A stretch of DNA of 64,000 nt, taken from positions 32,001-96,000 of the IMG/VR virus record IMGVR_UViG_3300023184_000033, one strand, 5' to 3'. Numbering within the stretch: position 1 is the first letter of the stretch; each line of letters opens with the position of its first letter. The notes beneath the pieces were generated by a model. That model did no database searches. It saw only the letters and a list, made by a program, of their open reading frames with translations, and was not told the origin of the DNA. This DNA is from a virus. Position numbers and translations under genes: made by a program. Shown piece after piece: positions 54,406 to 64,000 of this stretch.

Positions 54406-55473
54406 TTATACTTTCTTACTTTCTAAAGAGTTTGCGATAATCGATTTTGAAAATGGCAGATCATTTGATACTTGAACTGGTGGGCAACAAGAATTTGTTG
54501 TTTCGGGAATTGTAGGACTATATGTGGAATTTTTCTGTGTAGATTTTCCTAATTTGTCTGTAATGCTTTTAATAATTCTTTTAAAACTATCTTCACTCAA
54601 TACCATTAATTCTTCATTTGATCGTTCAATGAAGTAGTCCATAGAAATGCGGATTGGAGAATATGTTCTCTTACCTTTACCACCGTCAATAATGGTAAAA
54701 TCTTTATTGTTTGGATAACTAATGTTTTCTGGAAATGTGGCACCGATTACAACCGTAGCTGGTTTTTTGAGTGCGTTAGCAAAGTGTTGGCCAACAGAAT
54801 CACATCCTAAGAAATAATCTGAAGCTTTAATGATTGCCATCCATTGCAATAAATTAATATTTTCAGGCAGAGCAACCGATAATTGTTTGTTTCCTGGTGG
54901 TGGAGGTATCTTTAAATCGGTCATCAAAATCACGGCATAATGTTTTCCTAATTCTTCAATAATTTTCATTACATCGGATAGTTCAAAACTTCTACCAGTT
55001 TCATCGATGATAAAATTACCTTGCATTTTGGCACCAGAACCAAAAGGCTGAAACACCACCACTTTTTGTTTCTTTAAGTTAGTTTTAATTTCATTGGTAA
55101 AATTGTAACCGAATACTTGGTCACCTTTGCCAATATTTAAATTAAATTCTTTACTTTTTGGAATCTCATCGGTTGTTTCATTAATCAACATATCGAATGC
55201 TTGAATCAGATTTACTTTCTGATTGAAATAAGCATTTAACCGGTAAGGTTCAGGAGAAATAATTTCTCTGTCAAGGAGTTTATCCTCAAAAATATTTTTG
55301 TGGTTCATTGGATACACATTGTTTGCCAAGCTTGGACTGGTTAAGAATAACTCCATCCAAGCTTCTGCAACAATTATTGCCGTGGGATCCACATTTTTTA
55401 CATAGTGTTCTAATGCTGGTATTGCACAAAAAACTCGACCCGAACCACCATTTAGAAAAAACGCTTTCTTCAT
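54406..55473 (-). CDS. GT-B glycosyltransferase, GT9/heptosyltransferase-like
   Basis: VFQPFG; ASDYFLGCDSVGQHFANALKKPATVVIG resembles the GT9 DSG..H.A.A...P motif. Confidence 0.65.
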   Translation of the reverse strand: MKKAFFLNGGSGRVFCAIPALEHYVKNVDPTAIIVAEAWMELFLTSPSLANNVYPMNHKNIFEDKLLDREIISPEPYRLNAYFNQKVNLIQAFDMLINETTDEIPKSKEFNLNIGKGDQVFGYNFTNEIKTNLKKQKVVVFQPFGSGAKMQGNFIIDETGRSFELSDVMKIIEELGKHYAVILMTDLKIPPPPGNKQLSVALPENINLLQWMAIIKASDYFLGCDSVGQHFANALKKPATVVIGATFPENISYPNNKDFTIIDGGKGKRTYSPIRISMDYFIERSNEELMVLSEDSFKRIIKSITDKLGKSTQKNSTYSPTIPETTNSCCPPVQVSNDLPFSKSIIANSLESKKV

Positions 55474-55504
55474 AATATCTCCATTTTATAAAGCTAAAAA
55501 ATCA

Positions 55505-55533
55505 ATTATAACATACTACACATATATAGTCAA
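55505..55533 (-). promoter_or_regulatory. sigma70 promoter for the GT/carbamoyltransferase pair
   Basis: TTGACT-17 bp-TATAAT. Confidence 0.75.
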
Positions 55534-55548
55534 TGAATAAAACTCAAT

Positions 55549-56760
55549 TTAGAACCAAGTCACGCACACTTGACCTGCACGACCAAGGTCACCACCACAA
55601 CAACCAGAATTTGGATCACAAATGGCTGTACAACCACCAAACATTATAGCAGCTGTTCCGCCGGCACCAGGTATTCTGCGGTAACCGGTATAACAATTAT
55701 TACAACACATGCCACCAAGGGTGCTGCCTTGCATACAGAGTACGCAGATAGAAGCAGCTTCGTATCCGTAGGTTGCTGGAGCTCGAGTATGGCCATAAAA
55801 GTTTGTATCGAAACACCAACATGCATTTAATCCTGGTATACCAACAACTTGTGCTCCATACGAAAAACACATATTTTTTAACGATGAATATACAGAACCA
55901 GTGTAACTTCCATAGAAGTTTGTGATTGTACTTCTACTATATGGTATGATTCCACATGAAGAACAGCTGTTGGAGAAGCAAAAATCTGCTGACCCGTTGC
56001 AAATACATGCACCGGAAGTAAAACAATCTGCCGATGACCATCTGCAACAACCGGTGCTCCAAGCATACATATCTTGATCGTAATACAAGGTGCACCAATG
56101 TGCTTTTGCACACGCACCTTCAGCACAGAAATTGGATAAACCATATCCTGTTACATATGACGCACAACTTCTACCTCCTTGTGCCGCCCATAAACAAACG
56201 TTTTGGTTTCTATTGCCAGCACATAAGTTATATGTACATCCAGGAATGACAGGAATTATTACTGAAGCATAAGCTCCAGACGTTCCCCAATCCGCACCAC
56301 CACAACAACAACCCTGGCCAGTTTTTCCGCCCGCACCCCAAATTTGAAACCTAGCAAATGTTGTACCAGCAGGAACAACCCAAGCGCAAGCTGCATCACA
56401 AGTGTAACAGCCGTTTCCTCGGACGGTAAGACCAGAATATTCAATTCCTGTTACCGGATTAGTACCGGCTGAACTTGTGTCTGGCGATCCAGGCATCCTT
56501 GGAATTGAAGATGCCCAGTTTGAATAACACCAAGGCAAATTCTCAGAATCACTGCACCATTGGCCACATTTTTGTGAACAAACATAGAGTGCTGAATTCG
56601 TGGCCCAAGCCGTAGCGTCATTTGCTGAACCGGCCGCCGCAATTCCGGCAGTGTTGCCAGCAGCTGCACCAGCAACGTTCGCAGCAGTATTTGCGCCGCC
56701 TTGTATACAAACAGTAGCATCAGATATAGCACGTACTGCTGAATATTTTAAAATGTCCAT
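55549..56760 (-). CDS. Cys/Gly-rich putative tail-tip protein (paralog 1)
   Basis: CAWVVPAGTTFARFQIWGAGG; G..G.VCVTW end. Confidence 0.7.
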   Translation of the reverse strand: MDILKYSAVRAISDATVCIQGGANTAANVAGAAAGNTAGIAAAGSANDATAWATNSALYVCSQKCGQWCSDSENLPWCYSNWASSIPRMPGSPDTSSAGTNPVTGIEYSGLTVRGNGCYTCDAACAWVVPAGTTFARFQIWGAGGKTGQGCCCGGADWGTSGAYASVIIPVIPGCTYNLCAGNRNQNVCLWAAQGGRSCASYVTGYGLSNFCAEGACAKAHWCTLYYDQDMYAWSTGCCRWSSADCFTSGACICNGSADFCFSNSCSSCGIIPYSRSTITNFYGSYTGSVYSSLKNMCFSYGAQVVGIPGLNACWCFDTNFYGHTRAPATYGYEAASICVLCMQGSTLGGMCCNNCYTGYRRIPGAGGTAAIMFGGCTAICDPNSGCCGGDLGRAGQVCVTWF

Positions 56761-56778
56761 AAGACTAACCTTTTTTTA

Positions 56779-57417
56779 TTATGGTAATACATCAAAAGCA
56801 AGAATCAAATCTTGTGGAATAGCCGGTACTTCTGAAAGTTTTGGTACAGCAATAATTTTCCAAGAAGGTATACTTCCTTTGCCTGTTGTTTCAAACGTAT
56901 CGAGTGTTTGTAAATATGTATTTGCGATTTGCATTAAATCTGTATTACTGGAAATTGTAGAAATATGTGCGTTCACATAATCTCTATTTCTTTGAGCCAT
57001 ATCATTTAGTCGGCCTTTTGGATTTCTTGTTATGAATGTCCATTTCCATGTGTCGGTTTGCAAATCATAATTTATATGGTACATGTCACGTAACGTTGGA
57101 TTCGTTATTTGTTCATAAGTTGTTCCATCAACTAAAGTTTCTGTTGCAAAAATCCTATCGGGAGTAGTTGTATTTGTTACATAATACGCAACATCAGGAT
57201 TTATTCTGGCATTAATTATTACTTGTTTACTAATATCTGGATTATAATTGAAATTTAAGTCCTCATGCACATCTTGTATTCCACCTTCAGGAATATCAAC
57301 GGCAACATATAGTAAAGTGTTTCCACTATAAACATAAGATTGTGTGTTTCCATTTGTGAATGAATCGATATACAATTCATTAGGAACCGGTTTTGTAAAA
57401 TTAACTTGAATATCCAT
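56779..57417 (-). CDS. Hypothetical protein (possible fibre chaperone)
   Basis: 212 aa between the two Cys-rich paralogs. Confidence 0.65.
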   Translation of the reverse strand: MDIQVNFTKPVPNELYIDSFTNGNTQSYVYSGNTLLYVAVDIPEGGIQDVHEDLNFNYNPDISKQVIINARINPDVAYYVTNTTTPDRIFATETLVDGTTYEQITNPTLRDMYHINYDLQTDTWKWTFITRNPKGRLNDMAQRNRDYVNAHISTISSNTDLMQIANTYLQTLDTFETTGKGSIPSWKIIAVPKLSEVPAIPQDLILAFDVLP

Positions 57418-57455
57418 TTAAAGTCCTTTTATTAACTATTATTTATAATGTTTTA

Positions 57456-58601
57456 TCAGATCCATGTAACACAAACAGCGCCACCGGCACCAGGGAGTCC
57501 GGAAGACATGTTGCCAGCGCAAACGTTTCCGCCTATACCACCTCTACTAGGAAATTGGTAAGTTCCGGATGAATAAGGTGAACATCCACCCATAGTTGTA
57601 AACAGGTAACAGCTGGAGCAAGTGGTTGTAGTTATATCAACAATTGGTGGGGAAACAAAAAATCTATATACGTCCCATGTTGATCCCACTGAAGTTTTGT
57701 TGAACATTCCTGGAGCGCCAATAACATAATGACAAGATTTAGTTGCTATACCAGGATTTAGTGAACCGTAAGCAATTCGGCAAGACGTAGAATATGGCAA
57801 CTGGTCATGACCAGTACACTGATTATTCCAGCAAAAACCGCCCCAGTTGCACATACAATATCCATAAGCGGTACCTCTACAAACTTTGCTAAAACCACCT
57901 CCGTTATTTTGAAGTACACAATATCCATTGATACCGCCGGGGGCAGCTCCACCAACTCTGGCTAACCAACACGCTGGACTTGGTTCACCACCATCAGCAC
58001 AGAAATTGGTTAAACCATATCCCGTTACAAATGACGCACACCCTTGGCCAGTATTGTAATTACCTTGTGTACAATAATAACAACAACATTCAGCACAACC
58101 AGCACAAAGAGTATATACGCATCCAGGAACAACAGGCATTATTACTGAACCATAAGCTCCAGAACCACCAAACATTGTAATTCCACAACAGACGTTACCT
58201 TTTGAAGCAGCGCCTGCACCCCAAACTCGGAACCTAGCAAATGTTGCACCAGCTGGAACAGTCCACGCACAACATATACCACATCGACCTTCAACTGTAT
58301 CAAAAACCGTAAGAGCTCCTGTAGGACTAGGTAGTGTTGGAATATTAGCCCAAGTATCATTACACCAAGGCCTTGTCCACAAAGAACAACCAGCCAAGTA
58401 TCCAAAATTAGATGCTTTTTCTGCTTGTTTTAATGATCCAACAAATGCTGCGGCGATGCCATTATCAAAACCAGTAGTATATGCACAAGTATATGCAGCC
58501 GGATACAACGTGTTGGTTGCATAAGTCTGTGCAACATTTAAAGCCGGAGCTAAAGCATTATAATCGGCCGCCAGTTTATTATATTCTAAAACATCTAACA
58601 T
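57456..58601 (-). CDS. Cys/Gly-rich putative tail-tip protein (paralog 2)
   Basis: CAWTVPAGATFARFRVWGAGA; GAVCVTWI end. Confidence 0.7.
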   Translation of the reverse strand: MLDVLEYNKLAADYNALAPALNVAQTYATNTLYPAAYTCAYTTGFDNGIAAAFVGSLKQAEKASNFGYLAGCSLWTRPWCNDTWANIPTLPSPTGALTVFDTVEGRCGICCAWTVPAGATFARFRVWGAGAASKGNVCCGITMFGGSGAYGSVIMPVVPGCVYTLCAGCAECCCYYCTQGNYNTGQGCASFVTGYGLTNFCADGGEPSPACWLARVGGAAPGGINGYCVLQNNGGGFSKVCRGTAYGYCMCNWGGFCWNNQCTGHDQLPYSTSCRIAYGSLNPGIATKSCHYVIGAPGMFNKTSVGSTWDVYRFFVSPPIVDITTTTCSSCYLFTTMGGCSPYSSGTYQFPSRGGIGGNVCAGNMSSGLPGAGGAVCVTWI

Positions 58602-58612
58602 TTTTTATCCTT

Positions 58613-61600
58613 TTATACTACTGTCCGTGTGATGGTGTTTATAATATTATTTGCATAATATGCTATAGTATATCTATAATTTGTGCCGCCACCACCAATT
58701 GCTGTGTTTACTTTTTGGTTGAAGTTCGTTACAAAACCATTTGCATTGAATACTGTGTTTGACACTTCAATAGTACTATCTTTGTAGAAAGCAATATTGG
58801 TATTAGCATAATATATAGTATTTGCCGAATTATATGTTGCATCATAAATGGCATCTGAAACTCTAACTTGTGATATAGAAGTGTTAGTGGATGTTGCAAA
58901 TGATGCTAAATTAGCGGTGACACTACTTATTGCACTATCAACATATGATTTAACCGCAGCCTGTGTTGGCACTTTTACGTTTGAGTTTTGTGAGAATGTG
59001 GAGTCAGTAGAGAACTCATTAATCTGAGCACCAATCTGAGCACCAATAGAACCAAGTCTCAATGATGACAATCCAGACAAGTTGAAAGCAGAAGCATTCA
59101 ATGTTGCAGAACCAGTCGCCTGATTAACAGCAAAATAAGGACCAACTGAGAAGTTACCGCCTTGGTCAGTTGTCACATAGTACACACGACCAGGATAGTT
59201 TTGAATTGTCTGATTGGATGGTATATTTTGTGTAACAGAAGTATTTGGATAATTTGTATTTGCTATGCCACCAGTACCAATTGACAAGAAATCGTGGCCA
59301 GTTAAACGAATGTTACTAAAGTTTTGACGGATAATAACCTGTTGGCCATCGAAAGCTGGATTACTTGCAGGTTTTGCACTTGCTAGTGTTACGATTGCAG
59401 TATTTGCATTGCTACTCCAGTTAGAAACGGATGCAACAACATATGAATAAGGATCATAACCAGTATTTGCGGCGCCAGTTGTAAACTGAAAACTGCATCC
59501 AGGTAAGATATTTGTATTAGCTGATAGATTATTAATTGTTACAATAATACCATTTTGACCAGTTATTGCACTAGCCGTTTGCGTGTTTGCATAAAAACCT
59601 GTTGGTGTCGTAAATGTTGCATCAGTATATTCAACAAGTCTTTCATTATTTGCAAAAGTATTTGCATTTTGACCAGTATACTGAAAGTATACTTGTTGAT
59701 TCGTTGTTTGAAATGTTAGAACCAAAGCTCTTGCATTTGATGTTACACCCAACATGTAGTTGTTAGATGTGAAAATTGAACCAGATGGATATACTGTGTT
59801 TGCAACGTATTGAATCATACTACCATAAACGTTGGCAGTGATTGGATTTTCACTCAGTAAATAACCAGTTGCAACAGCACCAAATGTTCCGTAAGAGTTG
59901 TTGCCGTTCAATGCACGAATAACACCGCCATTGTTTGCAACATAACCAAAGTAACAGAAGTATGTGAAACAAGAAACAATCTCAGCCCGACCACCGTTAG
60001 TTACATAGTAACCAACACCATTATCACCAAGAATGGTGAATGAGTGGAACAACATCGATTTGTTACCAGATGTATGAACTGCACCATCAATCATCGCAGC
60101 AATACCACCAGTTGAAATGGCGGTCATGTCATTGATGTATGGAGATTTATTGATAATTGGACTTGCAGGATTCAAACGTAAGAATACACCACCAATCGTG
60201 TGTGTATTAATATCTGAACCAGCTTGATATGCTGTGTTTGCAGAAATCGCCAGATTTGGTATATAACCAGTCATACCTCTTAATGTCATACGACCCATGC
60301 CGGTTGAGTCGCTCAGGAAGAACATCGTACTATTTGCATTTGGAGTCAAACCATCTGAGGATAATCCGGCTGCAGGTTCAATAATTGTTGTACGTGTTGT
60401 GTCACCGAATATTGAACATCCTGGCGGCAATGTAATTGGCAATTTCTCCTTATATACACCACCTCTTAACATAATCGTTGCAAGATTTTGACCTGGTGAG
60501 TTTGCTGCATCAAGTCTTTGTGTTGCATATTGAATTGATTGCCAAGGTCTTTGAGCACTTACACCGTGATATGGATTATCTATACCCGAATCAACGCAAA
60601 CATAATAAACGTTTGCATCTGGTGCTGGATTTTCCCATTGTGGAAGACCAGTATTTGAAACAACTAAAATTTGTCCGTTAGCACCGACCGGCAATCTTGC
60701 CATACCACCAGATGTTTGTATTAACAAGTCACCTGGAGATGTTAATGTACCCTCTAAAGAACCTTGTGCAAGAACTGACCAGTATGCACCATTATTAGCA
60801 GGCACAATATTTGTGTTATTGATTGTTGCATTTACATAAGTTGTATTTGCATAGAATACTGATTCACCAAGTTGATAGGTTGTTGCATTACTCCACGTAC
60901 CTCTACTCCGTATACCTTCAGAATATACTGCCCATTGTGTTGTATTTGAAGTAGTTGGTGAGATATTCGTAGAAGATGTTAACGCAATGTATGTATTACC
61001 ACCAAATCTTGATAAGTCACCAGCATTATACTGTTGGCCTGGATTATAGTAATTTGTGTAATTCGTGCCTGTATTATGTGTAACCCATTGAGCAGAATTT
61101 GATAGGGTTGGCGTAATATTTGCGGATGTTATTAGTGCAATATATGTATTACCACCAAATCTAACAACGTCACCAGCATTATACTGTTGACCATTAACAT
61201 ACATGTCTCTAAAATTGCTACCTGTATTGTATGTAGTCCATTGAGTAGAATTTGCTACGGTAGGTGTAATATTTGCGGATGATATTAGTGCAACGTATGT
61301 ATTACCACCAAATCTAACAACGTCACCAGAATCATATTGTTGACCATTAACATATGTATTTCTAAAATTGCTACCTGTTGTTAATGTTATCCAGCTGTTT
61401 GAATTTGCAACAGTTGGCATAATAGCTACAGTTTCAGTTTGAGCAATGTATGTATTACCACCAAATCTAACAACATCACCTTTAACATAATTTGTATTCG
61501 CAACGTAAGTACCCAAATATTGTGTACCTTTACTTACTAGGTCCCAATTTGATGCCAGTGACGGCAAAACGCCTGTAGATTCTAATTTGTTGACGTAAGT

Positions 61601-62164
61601 GTAAGCACCATAGTTGACAACTTCACCTGGTTCATATTTTCTTGAGTAACTATAATTACCAACAGCAATATATCCTGTTGTCATTATATCCCATGCAGCG
61701 GTATTAATGTTTGGATATTGGTTGATGTTGTTTAACGCAGCAACATAAGAATAACCACCATACGTTATAACGTCACCAACTGAATAGTTTACTGTGTTTG
61801 CATAGTTATCTAAGAATTGAAGACCACCAGCAAACAGTTGGAAGTTTCCAGTATTGGCTGCAAAACTATTTACGTTACCGGATCTATGTTGGGTTGTTAC
61901 AATATATGCATCAGCACCATAACGAACAACATCGTTTAGGTTATATTGTGTGTTTGCTGTCCATGGACCAGTCCAATTAAAACCTGGAGCAATTTTAGTC
62001 CAGTTTGAAATGTCGGTATAGAAGAATGAACTCGCTGTATGATTTCCCGTACAAGCGTAGGCAATACCACCATATGTGATGATGTCATCTTTGATATATG
62101 ATGTTGCGGCCACCCATGGACCAAGAAAAGTAAATTTTAATCTACCTAGTACAAAATCTGCCAT
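58613..62164 (-). CDS. Large tail fibre/spike-like protein with carbohydrate-binding-like repeats and a beta-helix-like region
   Basis: About 9 W/Y..GDVV.(Y/F)GG..Y repeats; PWQSIQYA...GVYKE pectin-lyase-like entry motif. Confidence 0.75.
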   Translation of the reverse strand: MADFVLGRLKFTFLGPWVAATSYIKDDIITYGGIAYACTGNHTASSFFYTDISNWTKIAPGFNWTGPWTANTQYNLNDVVRYGADAYIVTTQHRSGNVNSFAANTGNFQLFAGGLQFLDNYANTVNYSVGDVITYGGYSYVAALNNINQYPNINTAAWDIMTTGYIAVGNYSYSRKYEPGEVVNYGAYTYVNKLESTGVLPSLASNWDLVSKGTQYLGTYVANTNYVKGDVVRFGGNTYIAQTETVAIMPTVANSNSWITLTTGSNFRNTYVNGQQYDSGDVVRFGGNTYVALISSANITPTVANSTQWTTYNTGSNFRDMYVNGQQYNAGDVVRFGGNTYIALITSANITPTLSNSAQWVTHNTGTNYTNYYNPGQQYNAGDLSRFGGNTYIALTSSTNISPTTSNTTQWAVYSEGIRSRGTWSNATTYQLGESVFYANTTYVNATINNTNIVPANNGAYWSVLAQGSLEGTLTSPGDLLIQTSGGMARLPVGANGQILVVSNTGLPQWENPAPDANVYYVCVDSGIDNPYHGVSAQRPWQSIQYATQRLDAANSPGQNLATIMLRGGVYKEKLPITLPPGCSIFGDTTRTTIIEPAAGLSSDGLTPNANSTMFFLSDSTGMGRMTLRGMTGYIPNLAISANTAYQAGSDINTHTIGGVFLRLNPASPIINKSPYINDMTAISTGGIAAMIDGAVHTSGNKSMLFHSFTILGDNGVGYYVTNGGRAEIVSCFTYFCYFGYVANNGGVIRALNGNNSYGTFGAVATGYLLSENPITANVYGSMIQYVANTVYPSGSIFTSNNYMLGVTSNARALVLTFQTTNQQVYFQYTGQNANTFANNERLVEYTDATFTTPTGFYANTQTASAITGQNGIIVTINNLSANTNILPGCSFQFTTGAANTGYDPYSYVVASVSNWSSNANTAIVTLASAKPASNPAFDGQQVIIRQNFSNIRLTGHDFLSIGTGGIANTNYPNTSVTQNIPSNQTIQNYPGRVYYVTTDQGGNFSVGPYFAVNQATGSATLNASAFNLSGLSSLRLGSIGAQIGAQINEFSTDSTFSQNSNVKVPTQAAVKSYVDSAISSVTANLASFATSTNTSISQVRVSDAIYDATYNSANTIYYANTNIAFYKDSTIEVSNTVFNANGFVTNFNQKVNTAIGGGGTNYRYTIAYYANNIINTITRTVV
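60930..61530 (-). repeat. 153-bp (51-aa) intragenic tandem repeats, 4 copies
   Basis: atgtattaccaccaaatct at 60991, 61144, 61297 and 61450. Confidence 0.88.
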
Positions 62165-62209
62165 TTTAAAAAGCTCCCGAGGATTCTATTTTATATTTAT
62201 GTATTATCA

Positions 62210-63004
62210 TTATGCGGGTCCAACTGAATAATCGTATTCATTTAGATATCTTGCAACCAAGAATCCTCTATTATTGATATAGTATGATAGTTGCACACCA
62301 TCAAAACGTACTTGTTCGTGTTTTCTGTGGTTTAGATTTGCATTTTCTCTACGAATTCTCATCACTCCATAAACGTTTGAGTGATTACCACTTGCATAAT
62401 AAAGTACATTTGGCGCATCTGCTGGTATTGTAAACGATAATGGACCAACACTTTGAGTGTTTAGGTCACCATTACTTCCACCATAAGCAGAACGTGAGTT
62501 TACAACACCAATCAAATATTCATTTGCATAATTTGCACCAGAAGGTTGTGTTGAAATGTACAAAGGATAACCTTGTGTACTTGGATCGGTCATGATAAAT
62601 GTATATGTTGCGCCACGTGTTACTTGCAATTCAATATTTGTGTTGCCGGTTCCAACTGTTGCTGGGTTACCGGAAATATCAAAATCGTAACCACCATTAT
62701 TAACACGAACATAAATGGTTTGACTTACAGCGACCTTATCACTAACTTCTGATTGTGTAATTGGTGTGTTATTGTGTGATACACCAGAATCGGTTGTACC
62801 ACGCAGAACTTCTTCTAGGCCCATGTATGCGAAACCTTGACCATCAGTCAATTCGATAGTCTCTGCTGTATTTGCAAACAAAGATTTTGTGTACGTTAAT
62901 TTACCATCGTTATCTCTACGTAATCCATGAAACGCAAACTGAGATGACGGTGTTTGTTGCGCTAAAGCACTTGCGCTATTAATATAGTCTGTAACTTTAA
63001 GCAT
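62210..63004 (-). CDS. Hypothetical virion protein with cupredoxin-like middle domain
   Basis: RGATYTF...PLYIST...PADAPNVLYY pattern; copper-ligand Cys absent. Confidence 0.6.
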   Translation of the reverse strand: MLKVTDYINSASALAQQTPSSQFAFHGLRRDNDGKLTYTKSLFANTAETIELTDGQGFAYMGLEEVLRGTTDSGVSHNNTPITQSEVSDKVAVSQTIYVRVNNGGYDFDISGNPATVGTGNTNIELQVTRGATYTFIMTDPSTQGYPLYISTQPSGANYANEYLIGVVNSRSAYGGSNGDLNTQSVGPLSFTIPADAPNVLYYASGNHSNVYGVMRIRRENANLNHRKHEQVRFDGVQLSYYINNRGFLVARYLNEYDYSVGPA

Positions 63005-63680
63005 TTATTAATGTTCTCCAGGTTCCTAATGAATATACCATTGTAAAAGCAACTCCGTTCGAATTAAACAATAATGTATCCATAACCCCATTAATTTTAT
63101 TGGTAGCCCCGTTAATATAAACAGGATTTATGTCTTTATTTCCACCACCATCACCAATCATAATCGAAAAACCTTCAAAAATATTTGTAGGTAATGTTAT
63201 ATTTATGGCACCATTTACCGTATTTGCCAAAACATTAAACTGACTTGGTGTTAATACTGTATTTGAACTTATTGTTGTCCAAATTTGTGCAGCTCCGCCT
63301 CCGCCACCACCAATGTTCGCAGCTTGAAAAGCAGCTTCAGCATGTGCCCTAGCTGAATTAGCTAAATTCCATGCAACATTTGCGGATGATAGTGTGATTA
63401 TTTTATTTCCAACGTCTGTAGTTATTCTAACATCAAAACCTGAAGCCAGAGATATGATATCGTTATTTGAAGACGATAAAACTAAAGAAGAATTTGAATT
63501 AACAGTTGCAAAAGAGTTAGTTATACCTGCCGCAAAATAATTAATTGTATTTTGAGCATTCTTATAGTATAACTTACCGTCAAAAAAGTTAAGTGCTAGT
63601 TCACCGCTTGATAAAGAAACGGGAACATTACCTGCAACATTTGACTTCTTTAACTGAATTGTTGTATTTGCAATCGGCAT
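62997..63680 (-). CDS. Tail-fibre-like protein
   Basis: IQLKKS....P..LSSGELALNFFDGKLYYKN N-terminus. Confidence 0.65.
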   Translation of the reverse strand: MPIANTTIQLKKSNVAGNVPVSLSSGELALNFFDGKLYYKNAQNTINYFAAGITNSFATVNSNSSLVLSSSNNDIISLASGFDVRITTDVGNKIITLSSANVAWNLANSARAHAEAAFQAANIGGGGGGAAQIWTTISSNTVLTPSQFNVLANTVNGAINITLPTNIFEGFSIMIGDGGGNKDINPVYINGATNKINGVMDTLLFNSNGVAFTMVYSLGTWRTLINA

Positions 63681-63685
63681 CTAAT

Positions 63686-64000
63686 TTATTTCTTAAAGAT
63701 ATCTTTTGTTGACATAATAACTTTAGGTGTTGCAGGTACTGCTGGTTCAACTTTAATTTCTTCAACCACAATCACTTCTTCAACATTTGTTGCAGTTGTT
63801 TTTGTTTTTTTACCACTCTTCAACTTTGTTTGCAAGTCATTGAGTTGTTTTTTCAAATCTATATTTTCTGCAGCAGTTGCAGCTAATTGATTTTTAAAAG
63901 TTTCGAGGTGTTGTAGTTGATGACGCATACTCTCAACATCACTTCTCTCTGATTTAAATATTTCAATTCTATTGTTTAAAGCAATAGTTTGAGCATTTAA
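63686..64000 (-). CDS. Coiled-coil hypothetical protein (start lies outside the window)
   Basis: Frame stays open to position 64000. Confidence 0.65.
   Translation of the reverse strand, partial: LNAQTIALNNRIEIFKSERSDVESMRHQLQHLETFKNQLAATAAENIDLKKQLNDLQTKLKSGKKTKTTATNVEEVIVVEEIKVEPAVPATPKVIMSTKDIFKK

Noticed and set aside
55549-58601. Diversity-generating retroelement (TR/VR pair)
   Set aside because: The paralogs diverge throughout rather than at adenines only, and no reverse transcriptase is in the window.
1-64000. Stop-codon reassignment or suppressor tRNAs
   Set aside because: Core genes are full length in the standard code and no CTA, TTA or TCA anticodon was found.

Overview
A 64-kb segment of a T4-like (Tevenvirinae/Kyanoviridae-type gene order) myophage genome, almost all on the - strand. 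In order along the window: gp41, gp40, uvsX and gp43; one + strand accessory operon (6.5-12.5 kb: membrane proteins, an internally deleted iscU, iscA, an LpxH-like hydrolase, a GT2 and a DD-peptidase); a 6-kb array of 27 canonical tRNAs covering all 20 amino acids, with two aberrant tRNA-like genes and at least four unannotated structured RNAs; ADP-heptose genes; hsp20, regA, gp62, gp44, gp45, def, gp46, gp47, gp55, uvsW and uvsY; the head/tail block gp3, gp23-gp13; heme oxygenase plus a bilin reductase; carbamoyltransferase plus a GT9-like enzyme; and tail-fibre-like genes. A proteobacterial, probably aquatic, host is inferred from the IscU/IscA, LpxH and hld genes. The most striking observation is upstream of the tRNA array: a sigma70 promoter, a 36-codon leader peptide containing all 20 amino acids (first 26 codons all different), and mutually exclusive antiterminator/terminator hairpins. 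This looks like a ribosome-stalling attenuator that would switch on the phage tRNA array when almost any tRNA becomes limiting. All calls are by eye; no searches or folding programs were run.
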